The position numbers and the translations under genes were made by a program. Shown here piece after piece: positions 8,597 through 17,153 of a stretch of 32,000 nucleotides of DNA; positions within the stretch are counted from its first letter, which is position 1; every line of letters starts with the position of its first letter. Source of the stretch: Candidatus Methylomirabilis limnetica. Lineage in GTDB: Bacteria > Methylomirabilota > Methylomirabilia > Methylomirabilales > Methylomirabilaceae. Under the pieces are notes generated by a model. The model was not told the DNA's origin and did not search any database. It saw only the letters and a list, made by a program, of their open reading frames with translations. The stretch lies in NCBI RefSeq assembly GCF_003044035.1, contig NZ_NVQC01000009.1, forward strand, positions 139,022 through 171,021. Reading direction: 5' to 3'.

Positions 8597-10666
8597 TTAC
8601 GAAGCCATAATCTTACTGAAGTTCGCGATCCCGCAAAACAGGTCAGCAACCTCCTTCAGGATGGCCAAACGGTTCTCCTGCAGATCTCGATCCTCCACCA
8701 TCACCATAACCTCCTCGAAGAACATATCCACAATGGGGCGGATCGCGGCGATGAGTTGCAGAGCTCGAACGTAGTCGCCGGCTTGGACCAGGCGTTCTGT
8801 CTCAGTCCGTAGCGTTGTGGCTTCGCTATGGAGCGCTCGCTCGGCGCTGCTCACGAACCGCCTTGGATCAACCGATCCGGAGAAACCCTTGGGAAGGATA
8901 TTGAGCACCCGTTTGAAGGTCGCCGCCAGCTCCGTAAAATCGGCCTCACGCCTGAAGGCAGCCAATGCCTCGGCGCGTTTGCCGGCATCGGATACCCGCT
9001 CTGCATTGACGGAAAGGGCAGCCTCGACGAGATCGCCGGGTACACCCCGTTCTATCAGGATCGCCTGGAGCCTGGCCGCCATAAACCCCATGACCTCTTG
9101 TGCTATACGCTCCCTCGGCAGCGGCAAGCGATCACCAAAGAGCTCCAAGCTCTTGCTTATCGGCTGCGAGAGCGGCAGATCGATTCCTGTGCTGAGAAGG
9201 ATCTGCACGACCCCTTGCGCGAGTCGCCGGAGGGCGTACGGATCTTCTGATCCGCTCGGTATGAGCCCGATGCCGAAGCAGCCACAGATGGTGTCGAGCC
9301 GGTCGGCGATGCCTACGAGAGCGCCAACCAGTGATTCCGGGAGCCTGTCGCCTGCAAAGCGGGGGAGATAGTGCTCCTCAATTGCTTGGGCCACAACCGC
9401 GGACTCCCCGGAGAGCTGGGCATACTCACGGCCCATAACCCCTTGCAGGCTTGGGAACTCCTTAACCATCGTGGTTACGAGGTCAGCCTTGCACAACTGA
9501 GCTGACTGACAGGCGTCATGGACAAGGTGCGGGGCAACCTGCTCAGCCAGGTAGGCGACCAGCTTGGTAAGCCGCTCGACCTTCTCTAGCATTGTGCCAA
9601 GGCGCTCCTGAAAGGTAATCCCCTTCAGTTGGGGCACTCGCTCGCGAAGCTGGACCCTGCGATCCTCTTTGAAAAAAAATGCGGCGTCCTTGAGCCGCGC
9701 GCTCAGGACCCGTTCGTTGCCTGTACGGATGACCTCCATGTCCTTCGCCTTCATGTTGGAGATCGTCACGAAATACGGGAGGAGCTTGCCGGCATCGTCA
9801 GCCACCGGAAAGTAGCGCTGATGCTTCCGCATGGGGGTCATGATCACTTCACGAGGTAAGAGGAGATACTCCTGTTCGAAGCGGCCACAGACCACGGTAG
9901 GGTATTCCACTAGGGAGGTCACCATCTCTACCAGCTCATCGTCGAAGATCGGTTTCCCGCCAACCTTGGCCGCGGCCTCTTCGGCCAGCCTTGTCACCAG
10001 TTCCCGGCGACGGTGCTGGTTCACGATGACATACCGCTCTTCCAGTTTTTCGATATAATCCTGGAAGCTTCTGATGCGAATCTGGCCACGGCTCAGAAAT
10101 CGGTGACCGTACGTCTTGTTTCCGCTTTTGACCCCGTCAATTTCAAAGGGGATCACCCGACCACTGTACAGGGCAACGAGCCATCGGATCGGGCGGACAA
10201 ACCGGAAGGTGCCTTGCCCCCACCGCATCGACTTCGGAAAGGAGAGCGACGTGATCAGGCGGGGTAGGATAACCGGCAGCATCTCCTCCAAGCGCACGAC
10301 CCGCTCCACGATGACCGCAACGACGTACTCTCCACGGTCAAGCGTCTTGACGCGGAGGTCCTCCACAGAGACGGCTTGTGCCCTCGCGAAGCCAAGCGCG
10401 GCCTTGGTCGGAAGGCCCTCCTGATCGAACGCGACCGCCTTGGATGGTCCCACCACCTCACGGACCAGGTCACCCTGGCTCTGATCCAGCCGCTCAACAT
10501 ACAAGGTAAGGCGCCGAGGAGTGCCGAGCGTGCGTACGCCAGAAAAGGTGATGCGCTGCTCTTCGAAAAGGCGGCATGCCTGTACCTCCAGATCCTTCAG
10601 AACCGACGGCATGTAGCTGGAGGGCATCTCCTCGGTCCCGATCTCAAACAACAGGTCTTGGGTCAT
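8597..10666 (-). CDS. glyS: Glycine--tRNA ligase beta subunit
   Basis: 689 aa. The LLFEIGTEEMP head and overall length are typical of GlyS. It lies directly downstream of glyQ. Confidence 0.95.
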   Translation of the reverse strand: MTQDLLFEIGTEEMPSSYMPSVLKDLEVQACRLFEEQRITFSGVRTLGTPRRLTLYVERLDQSQGDLVREVVGPSKAVAFDQEGLPTKAALGFARAQAVSVEDLRVKTLDRGEYVVAVIVERVVRLEEMLPVILPRLITSLSFPKSMRWGQGTFRFVRPIRWLVALYSGRVIPFEIDGVKSGNKTYGHRFLSRGQIRIRSFQDYIEKLEERYVIVNQHRRRELVTRLAEEAAAKVGGKPIFDDELVEMVTSLVEYPTVVCGRFEQEYLLLPREVIMTPMRKHQRYFPVADDAGKLLPYFVTISNMKAKDMEVIRTGNERVLSARLKDAAFFFKEDRRVQLRERVPQLKGITFQERLGTMLEKVERLTKLVAYLAEQVAPHLVHDACQSAQLCKADLVTTMVKEFPSLQGVMGREYAQLSGESAVVAQAIEEHYLPRFAGDRLPESLVGALVGIADRLDTICGCFGIGLIPSGSEDPYALRRLAQGVVQILLSTGIDLPLSQPISKSLELFGDRLPLPRERIAQEVMGFMAARLQAILIERGVPGDLVEAALSVNAERVSDAGKRAEALAAFRREADFTELAATFKRVLNILPKGFSGSVDPRRFVSSAERALHSEATTLRTETERLVQAGDYVRALQLIAAIRPIVDMFFEEVMVMVEDRDLQENRLAILKEVADLFCGIANFSKIMAS

Positions 10667-10691
10667 CAGGGGTTGTCCTGCGCTATGTGGT

Positions 10692-11600
10692 TTATGACTG
10701 CCACGCCTTCATGAGTGGAAAGCCCGCCTCCTCACGCTGCTTTAGATAGGCTTCGGCGCAGCGACGCGCGAGGTTTCGCACGCGACCGATGAAGCTGGTC
10801 CGCTCAGTGACACCTATCGCCCCCCTGGCGTCCAAGAGGTTAAAGGTGTGAGAAGACTTGAGGCAGTAGTCGTATGCCGGCAGCACTAGTCCCTTCTCGA
10901 TAAGGCGGAGACCTTCCCGCTCATATTTGTCGAAAAGCTGAAACTGGAGTGCCACATCGGCTTCCTCGAAGTTGTGGACCGACCACTCCACCTCACTCTT
11001 GTGATGGATGTCACCGTAGGTCACGCCCTTGACCCACGTCAGGTCGTAGACGCTGTCCACTCCCTGTAGGAACATGGCAATCCGCTCGATCCCATAGGTC
11101 AACTCCACAGAGACCGGTTTCAGGTCGATGCCCCCAGCCTGCTGAAAATAGGTGAATTGGGTGATCTCCAAGCCGTCAAGCCAGACCTCCCAGCCTAGCC
11201 CCCAGGCGCCAAGGGTTGGCGACTCCCAGTCGTCTTCCACGAAACGGATATCGTGCTTGAGTGGGTCGATACCCAGGCTCCGAAGGCTGTCCAGGTAGAT
11301 CTCCTGAATGTCGTCTGGGGATGGCTTCATGATGACCTGATACTGGTAGTAGTGCTGGAGGCGATTCGGATTTTCTCCGTACCGTCCATCAGCGGGGCGC
11401 CGAGTCGACTCGACATAGGCGACCTTCCACGGCTCAGGGCCCAGGACACGCAGAAATGTGGCAGGGTTCATCGTTCCCGCACCCACTTCAACGTCGTAAG
11501 GCTGCTGGATGACACAGCCCTGCTCTGCGAAAAATCGCTGTAATGCGAGGATCAGTTCTTGAAACGTCATCACGTGTCCCGCTGGGCTTTTCATGATCAT
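10692..11600 (-). CDS. glyQ: Glycine--tRNA ligase alpha subunit
   Basis: [18 protein letters not shown] and [23 protein letters not shown] are hallmark GlyQ motifs. The start could be 11600, 11594 or 11570 (all in-frame ATGs). Confidence 0.93.
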   Translation of the reverse strand: MIMKSPAGHVMTFQELILALQRFFAEQGCVIQQPYDVEVGAGTMNPATFLRVLGPEPWKVAYVESTRRPADGRYGENPNRLQHYYQYQVIMKPSPDDIQEIYLDSLRSLGIDPLKHDIRFVEDDWESPTLGAWGLGWEVWLDGLEITQFTYFQQAGGIDLKPVSVELTYGIERIAMFLQGVDSVYDLTWVKGVTYGDIHHKSEVEWSVHNFEEADVALQFQLFDKYEREGLRLIEKGLVLPAYDYCLKSSHTFNLLDARGAIGVTERTSFIGRVRNLARRCAEAYLKQREEAGFPLMKAWQS

Positions 11601-11611
11601 GTCCGTGCGTT

Positions 11612-11737
11612 GTAACTACTCAGGTGTTTAGGCTGAAGGCTCTCAACTATCTCGCAAGATACGAATCAAGCCATTCAAGACCTGTTCGGTTCCTACCCCT
11701 CAAAGCCTTCAGCCTTCAGTCTATCTACCTGAGTAGT
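11612..11737. mobile_element. MITE-like non-autonomous element, short copy (126 bp)
   Basis: Terminal inverted repeats GTAACTACTCAGGTGTTTAGGCTGAAGGC (left) and GCCTTCAGCCTTCAGTCTATCTACCTGAGTAGT (right). The interior is collinear with the reverse complement of 21271-21504 (e.g. TCTCGCAAGATACGAATCAAGCCATTCAAGACC) except for a roughly 92-bp indel. No ORF. Confidence 0.65.
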
Positions 11738-11955
11738 GAGAAAGTGAGAGAGGAAAACCCGTAGCCATACAATATGGCGGATTCCTTGAAAAGCCTAAAC
11801 GCCATGGAGGCTAGCAACTTAGCCTCCAGTCTGTCAAGGAAAAACCTGGGAAATCACTGGAAACGGACTAGGCATGGTACCACCCTGCAACGAGCTTGGG
11901 GGAATGGGTCTGATATCCGTTGGAGGGAAAGCCGGGTAAACCCTTGCTACCCCTT

Positions 11956-12723
11956 TTAGGCCACCTTTTTCCGCTTGCTGTATCTGTTGTAGAGTATTAT
12001 GCCGCCTATGAGGACCGACATGCCGAGTAATATGCCGGCTGCATCCTTCCCCACGTTTGAGAAATACGAGGGGAGGCGCGACTGTGTTTCGAGACCTACC
12101 GTAAAAGGAACGCTGAACGTCGGATCAACGGCGTGTATTTCTGCCTCTGTTGGGTCACCACTGCCGTGACTATGCGTGACCATGTTCAGTTCCCCGGGCT
12201 CGGAAGCGGAATGAGGCTTATGGGCAATCCCAGGCCCGACGCTTTCAAACTTTATAATGGCCATATACTGACCGGCCGTGGCAATGTCGGCATCGAGTCT
12301 GACCGCCCCATCACGGTACACTGTAGGCGGAAGGGAGAGGATTTCATGGGAGTGTTGACTGCTGCCCTTGTCTTCGTGGCCTTCGGGGGCCTTAACAATC
12401 CGGACGGAGATGGGTAGGGCTCGCATCTCTTCATTGAACAGGTCAAAGGCTATCGAGAATTTTCCCGTCTTCGGGATCCCTTCGCAGTACGACTTAAATT
12501 CCTTTTTTACCTTTTCTGACCCTACTTCGTGCAACATGCCGATCTCTGATGCGCCGTATTGTTGCTGATAGGCCGTAAAGTGAACCGTGTAGTGGCCCTT
12601 CTGTAGGACGCATGCATCCGCTTCGTCCATGCCACTCATAGACTCACCGCCGTGGGCACGGGCCTGGGATGTCCAGGCAACAAGCAGAAGCGTCGCGAAG
12701 CATAACGAGATCAGGCGTTTCAT
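11956..12723 (-). CDS. Secreted His-rich protein with a C-terminal transmembrane anchor (function unknown)
   Basis: Signal peptide ending AWTSQARA before HGG. His-rich loops (EGHEDKGSSQHSHE, HKPHSASE, THSHGSGD). C-terminal helix AAGILLGMSVLIGGIILY followed by RYSKRKK. SD GAAGGAGG upstream. Confidence 0.7.
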   Translation of the reverse strand: MKRLISLCFATLLLVAWTSQARAHGGESMSGMDEADACVLQKGHYTVHFTAYQQQYGASEIGMLHEVGSEKVKKEFKSYCEGIPKTGKFSIAFDLFNEEMRALPISVRIVKAPEGHEDKGSSQHSHEILSLPPTVYRDGAVRLDADIATAGQYMAIIKFESVGPGIAHKPHSASEPGELNMVTHSHGSGDPTEAEIHAVDPTFSVPFTVGLETQSRLPSYFSNVGKDAAGILLGMSVLIGGIILYNRYSKRKKVA

Positions 12724-12906
12724 GTTTCAATTCCTCCTTCAGTTGTCACTAAGATTTCCATGTTGCGTGATCCAGTGACGAGCATTGTACACCAAAAACA
12801 CCTTCCACCTTCCACTTTTTGGGAGCCCTCTTTACGGTCTAGACGCTCCCGGCACCTACCCTGGAACGCCTTCGGCAAGAAACCCGATGCAGAACTTCTC
12901 GGTCGA

Positions 12907-13206
12907 TCACCGGGTTCCGGACATATCCGAGGTGTGTGTCGTTTCACGCTCTTGGAGTTGCTGCTCCAGTTCAGCGATTCGCTGGGTCTGCTCCCGTAAT
13001 CGCATTCGCAGCCGGAAGGTTCCGGGAAGGCTCAAAAAGATCGCCATGATCGCTCCGAGGGCGGTTGAAATCAGGATCACTACCACCAGCGAACCCTGAA
13101 ACTGCCACCAGATGAAGGTGACGATCGCCTCGCCCGAGTTCTGAATGGAAAAGGTTGCGATGACCACTGCGAGAATCAGGAAGCCTATCAGGGAGAACTG
13201 ATTCAT
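12907..13206 (-). CDS. LapA-like (DUF1049) small inner-membrane protein
   Basis: 99 aa with two TM helices, the FSIQN...V.F signature and a C-terminal coiled segment, as in LapA/YciS-type proteins. Confidence 0.65.
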   Translation of the reverse strand: MNQFSLIGFLILAVVIATFSIQNSGEAIVTFIWWQFQGSLVVVILISTALGAIMAIFLSLPGTFRLRMRLREQTQRIAELEQQLQERETTHTSDMSGTR

Positions 13207-13220
13207 TCAACGTCTCCTGC

Positions 13221-14543
13221 TCAATGCGTTGCCGGCAGCTCTTCGACCTTGATTCGGGCGAGCCGTCGGCCGTCCAGGTCCACGATTGTCAGCTTCTTGC
13301 CTTGATAGATAATAATGTCGCCGGCCTTGGGCATCCGCTGAAGTTGATCCAGCATAAAGCCCGCTAAGGTCTCGTAGGTAGGCGACTCAGGGAATGGTAA
13401 CCCGTGCTCGTCCCGCAGGTCCTTGATATTCAGAGAAGCGTCGATGATGAGCGACCCGTCCCTCAGCCGTTCGACGGGCTTCTCGGCAGTCTCGTACTCG
13501 TCGTGGATCTCTCCGACAATCTCTTCGAGGAGATCCTCCATAGTGACCAGCCCGTCTACGCCCCCATGCTCATCCACCACGATCGCCATCGAGGTTCGCC
13601 GCCGTTGCAGCTCCTTCAGGAGTTGACTGACCTGCATCGTCTCCGGGACGAAGTAGGCGGGGTGCGTGATGGTTTTGAGAGAGGCCTCGCGGCTCTCCAG
13701 TTGCAGCCGCAGCAGGTCCTTGTAGTGCAGGACGCCGCAGATGTCATCAAGGCTCTTGTGGTAGACGGGGTAGCGGGAGTAGCCCGTCTCCACTACGAAC
13801 TTGAGCACCTCTGCCAGCGGGGTCTCCAGCTCGATCGCATCGATCTGAGGGCGAGGGATCATGACCTCCTTGACCGAGGTCTCCGTAAATTCGAAGACGC
13901 TGTGGATCAGCTCCTGCTCTGTCTGGTCGAAGATCCCCTTCTCCTTCCCCTCCTGAACCATCAGCTTGATCTCCGCCTCGCTGACAAACCCTGTCGTTCC
14001 CTGAGGGGCAGCGCCGAAGAGCGAGAGGATCAGGCGGCTTGAAGCGGTCAGTGGACGACCGATCAACGAGAACCAACGGCCAAAGGCCTCGTGAGGTCTG
14101 GCGATCGCGAGGGCGATCCGTTCCGCATAGCGGAGGGCAAGCGATTTGGGGACCAGCTCTCCGAAGACGATAGTGAGATAGGTGATGACAACGACCACTA
14201 TCCCAAGGGCGGCCAGTTCACCCGCCGATCCCAGTCCGCCGCCTGGAAGGCGATCAAGTAAGGGGCGGATCACCCTTACGGCCAGCGCCCCGCCAATAGC
14301 GGAGGCCAGCGTACTGACGAGATTGATTCCGATCTGGATAGTGGCCAGAAATCGGTCGGGGTCATCCTTGAGCCTCTGGACCGTTGATGCCCGGTCATCT
14401 CCTGCTTCCACCAACTCCTGTACCCGGCTTCGCCGGAGAGAGATGATCGCTACCTCGGAGCCCGCGAAGAAGCCGTTGATCAGAATCAGCATGAAGATGA
14501 ACACCGCCTCCAGCACCAGTGTTCCACTGCCTAAGCCTTCCAT
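13221..14543 (-). CDS. CNNM/CorC/TlyC-family membrane protein (DUF21 + CBS pair + CorC_HlyC domain)
   Basis: 440 aa. N-terminal TM block with GELVPKSLA, a CBS-pair region (VMIPRPQI, YSRYPVY), and a C-terminal ..TLAGFMLD.L..P..GD tail. Confidence 0.9.
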   Translation of the reverse strand: MEGLGSGTLVLEAVFIFMLILINGFFAGSEVAIISLRRSRVQELVEAGDDRASTVQRLKDDPDRFLATIQIGINLVSTLASAIGGALAVRVIRPLLDRLPGGGLGSAGELAALGIVVVVITYLTIVFGELVPKSLALRYAERIALAIARPHEAFGRWFSLIGRPLTASSRLILSLFGAAPQGTTGFVSEAEIKLMVQEGKEKGIFDQTEQELIHSVFEFTETSVKEVMIPRPQIDAIELETPLAEVLKFVVETGYSRYPVYHKSLDDICGVLHYKDLLRLQLESREASLKTITHPAYFVPETMQVSQLLKELQRRRTSMAIVVDEHGGVDGLVTMEDLLEEIVGEIHDEYETAEKPVERLRDGSLIIDASLNIKDLRDEHGLPFPESPTYETLAGFMLDQLQRMPKAGDIIIYQGKKLTIVDLDGRRLARIKVEELPATH

Positions 14544-14577
14544 CAGATTGCTCCTTGTTCAGTTTTCAGTCGTCAGT

Positions 14578-14667
14578 GTAGGGGCATGGCTTGCCGGGGC
14601 ATGGCTTACCCTGCCCGATTAGGGCGCAGCAAGCGGCGCCCCTACGTCGCTGACCGCTGATAGCTGC
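14578..14667. repeat. REP-like double hairpin, copy 2 (first hairpin partly duplicated), plus CTGACCGCTG tail
   Basis: GTAGGGGCATGGCTTGCC GGGGCATGGCTTACCCTGCCC GATTA GGGCGCAGCAAGCGGCGCCCCTAC (to 14645), then GTCGCTGACCGCTGATAGCTGC. It lies between the GH57 stop (14670) and the CNNM start (14543). Confidence 0.7.
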
Positions 14668-14669
14668 TT

Positions 14670-17153
14670 TTAGGGCCAGAGGCCGGGATCCGCGGCGAGT
14701 CGCTCTTCGATTGGACGAAGGCGCTGCCGAAGCCTTCCGGTCGAAAACCCGAACCGTTCGCCCAGACGAAGAACGGCCGAGACCAGGTTGCACTCATCCC
14801 TGGACTCGGCCTGCAGTACCCGCTCGATCAGTGGCGGTACATCGTGCGTGAGGAGTTCATACATCAGGGCAACAGATTCTGGTCGGTCCATGGCGTAGCC
14901 CATTCGGTCAGCGAGGTCGACAACCTCCTGCACCCCACGGAGTCCATCCAGGTCCGGACACTCGCATAACCGCCTCACCCGCATCCCGAATGCTCTGGAC
15001 AGGAGATCCTGCAGGTGCTCCTGCTGCGGAAGGTCGAGTCGCTTCACCTCATCGGCCAGCATGAGCAGGCTGCGGTACAGATCGGTCCCGCCATCGGACA
15101 GCCACTGCCGTAGGGACTCCTCCAGGTTGCGGGTCACGGTAAACTCGGCCGGGGCTCTCAGGGCCTCAGGGGGAGAGAGTCCCTCGTCGAAGAAAGCGCG
15201 GAGTAAACCCTGGGTTCGTGCCGCCAGCTCATCGTAGCGCTTGCGAAAAACGTCCCACCCTCTGTAGAGCGCCATTAAGATCTCCCGTCGCTCTTCCGGG
15301 GAAAGCATCTTCAATGAAATCGGCGTTGCCTGGCTGTAACCCGGCAGCGATAGACCTTTCACCTGCCCCTCAAACGCCTCCAGCCATCGCTTCAGATCCT
15401 CCTCACCCCCCCAAGGAAACAGGCAGCCGGACATCCCATCGGCATCCAACCACTTCAGGACAAATCCGAACTCCTTGCGCTCCATGGTGAGGGATGAAGA
15501 TACCTCTATGCCGCCGACTATCATCGTCCCATTTATAAGGGGAAAGTGCTCAAGACTCAGCCGATGGAGGTCAAAGCTATGCACGTGATAGGGCTCAGGC
15601 AGGTTCTCCACCAGCGACCGCATGGCGTAAAGGGCTACGGGGTGAGCGAGATCGACCCGTGCTGTGCCAACTCGGACCTCCCAGATGCGCCGGCCGTCCC
15701 GTTCGGAAGAAATGTTGCTCTTCGCGGTCTGAAGCCTGGCCAGAAATTTCGCCTCCAGGCTCACAGTCACAAAGGCAGACGCGAGTTCGAGAGCCCGCGC
15801 TGCGTGTTTGAGGTTCTGCGCGGCCTCGATGTCAGAAATATCGCTAAAGAACCAACCGTCACTGGACTGCATCAGGAGGGCATGTCGCTGCATCTCCAGC
15901 AGTTGAAGTGCCGCGGCTCTGTCCTGCAGCGAGAGCGATCGGCGGGCGTGCGCCCCAAAGAACTTCTCAACCGAGGGATTGCTCCGATCAAGGATCAGGG
16001 CGATGTAATCGTCCCTCGCGGCCCAGACATCGGTGAACAACCGATCTGCCTGTTCCGTGAAGAGGTGCTGCAGATCGTCGCGAAGGCCATTAATGGCTTC
16101 CCGGAAGGGGACACGCCAGCGCTGGCGCCAGCCCGGTTGGCCACCGGTGCTGCATCCGCAGTCCTCCTTCCACCGCCCCAGGCCATGGGCACAGCTCCAG
16201 GCGCTTCCATCTCGAATGACCACCTCATGCGTGGGGGGCGCGCTCGCGAGGTAGGCCCCGAAGTTAGTAACCGCAAGCTCCTTTGGCGCGGTCTCTTTCG
16301 CCAGCAGAACGGCCAACGCGCGTTCTCCGAACTTGCTGTGATGGCCGTACGATTCGCCGTCGGTACAGAGGATATGCAGGCGTGAGGGCGAGCTGTGGGA
16401 GACCTCGACGAGTCGGTCGGCGAGGCGATCGGCCCCCTGCAACAGACCATCAAAAGCAATGGCGCGGGACAGAGCTGCATCGTAGAAGAACAGATCGATC
16501 GTGCCCCCATGAGGCAGGCGACACGTGTATGGGCGCGAGGGATCGATCCAGTCGGAGCCCAGCTCATGCCACTGCTCTTCTCCTAGCGGACGAACCCGGG
16601 TCGCCTGCCAGGGCGCCAAGACGGTGTAACGGATTCCGTAATCACTGAGCAGTTCCAGCGTCGCCAGGTCCACGCCCGTTTCCGGAAGCCACATCCCCTC
16701 CGGCTCACGGCCGAAGCGGGACCGGAACTCGACGATCCCCCACTTGACCAGCGTGGCGCGGTCCTTTGAGTCGGCGAGCGGCAGGATTGCATGGACGTAC
16801 GGGTGGGCCAGGGCATTACCATGGCCGCCACACCGAGCCACACTGTCACGATCGCCCTCGATAATGCGACGAACGGTCTCGGGGGCCTTCCGTTCCAGCC
16901 AGCGGAAGAGCGTTGGCCCGACGTCAAAGCTGATGCCGGCATAGTTATTGACCAGCTTGACGATCCGGCCTTCATGGTCCAGGAGTCTGGCCCATCCATT
17001 CGGCGCGTAGCACTCCGCAGTAATCCGCTGATTCCAGTCGTGATGGGGGGCGGCGGAAGGCTGCTGCTCGACCTCATCGGTCCAGGGGTTCTCACGCGGC
17101 GGCTGGTAGAAGTGGCCGTGGACGATCAGCGACACCGTAGAGGGCGTACTCAT
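14670..17153 (-). CDS. Glycoside hydrolase family 57 alpha-glucan enzyme with a long C-terminal extension (DUF3536-type)
   Basis: N-terminus LIVHGHFYQPPRENPW and GMWLPE are GH57 signatures. 827 aa. ATG 17153-17151 overlaps the mlaD TGA (17152-17150). Confidence 0.88.
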   Translation of the reverse strand: MSTPSTVSLIVHGHFYQPPRENPWTDEVEQQPSAAPHHDWNQRITAECYAPNGWARLLDHEGRIVKLVNNYAGISFDVGPTLFRWLERKAPETVRRIIEGDRDSVARCGGHGNALAHPYVHAILPLADSKDRATLVKWGIVEFRSRFGREPEGMWLPETGVDLATLELLSDYGIRYTVLAPWQATRVRPLGEEQWHELGSDWIDPSRPYTCRLPHGGTIDLFFYDAALSRAIAFDGLLQGADRLADRLVEVSHSSPSRLHILCTDGESYGHHSKFGERALAVLLAKETAPKELAVTNFGAYLASAPPTHEVVIRDGSAWSCAHGLGRWKEDCGCSTGGQPGWRQRWRVPFREAINGLRDDLQHLFTEQADRLFTDVWAARDDYIALILDRSNPSVEKFFGAHARRSLSLQDRAAALQLLEMQRHALLMQSSDGWFFSDISDIEAAQNLKHAARALELASAFVTVSLEAKFLARLQTAKSNISSERDGRRIWEVRVGTARVDLAHPVALYAMRSLVENLPEPYHVHSFDLHRLSLEHFPLINGTMIVGGIEVSSSLTMERKEFGFVLKWLDADGMSGCLFPWGGEEDLKRWLEAFEGQVKGLSLPGYSQATPISLKMLSPEERREILMALYRGWDVFRKRYDELAARTQGLLRAFFDEGLSPPEALRAPAEFTVTRNLEESLRQWLSDGGTDLYRSLLMLADEVKRLDLPQQEHLQDLLSRAFGMRVRRLCECPDLDGLRGVQEVVDLADRMGYAMDRPESVALMYELLTHDVPPLIERVLQAESRDECNLVSAVLRLGERFGFSTGRLRQRLRPIEERLAADPGLWP

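Noticed and set aside
11922-11943. GGAGGGAAAGCCGGGTAAACCC, reminiscent of part of a cobalamin-riboswitch core
   Set aside because: Only a partial word match and no B12-box. It lies on the plus strand with no plus-strand gene downstream (the next gene is convergent).
11774-11959. 61-aa plus-strand ORF in the glyQ upstream region
   Set aside because: No SD, no recognisable family, and its stop overlaps the stop of the convergent His-rich gene. More likely non-coding spacer containing a hairpin (GGAGGCTA/TAGCCTCC, 11806-11827).
15546-16385. 279-aa plus-strand ORF, and other ORFs overlapping the GH57 gene
   Set aside because: Antisense or off-frame to a gene with clear GH57 motifs. Non-protein-like composition.
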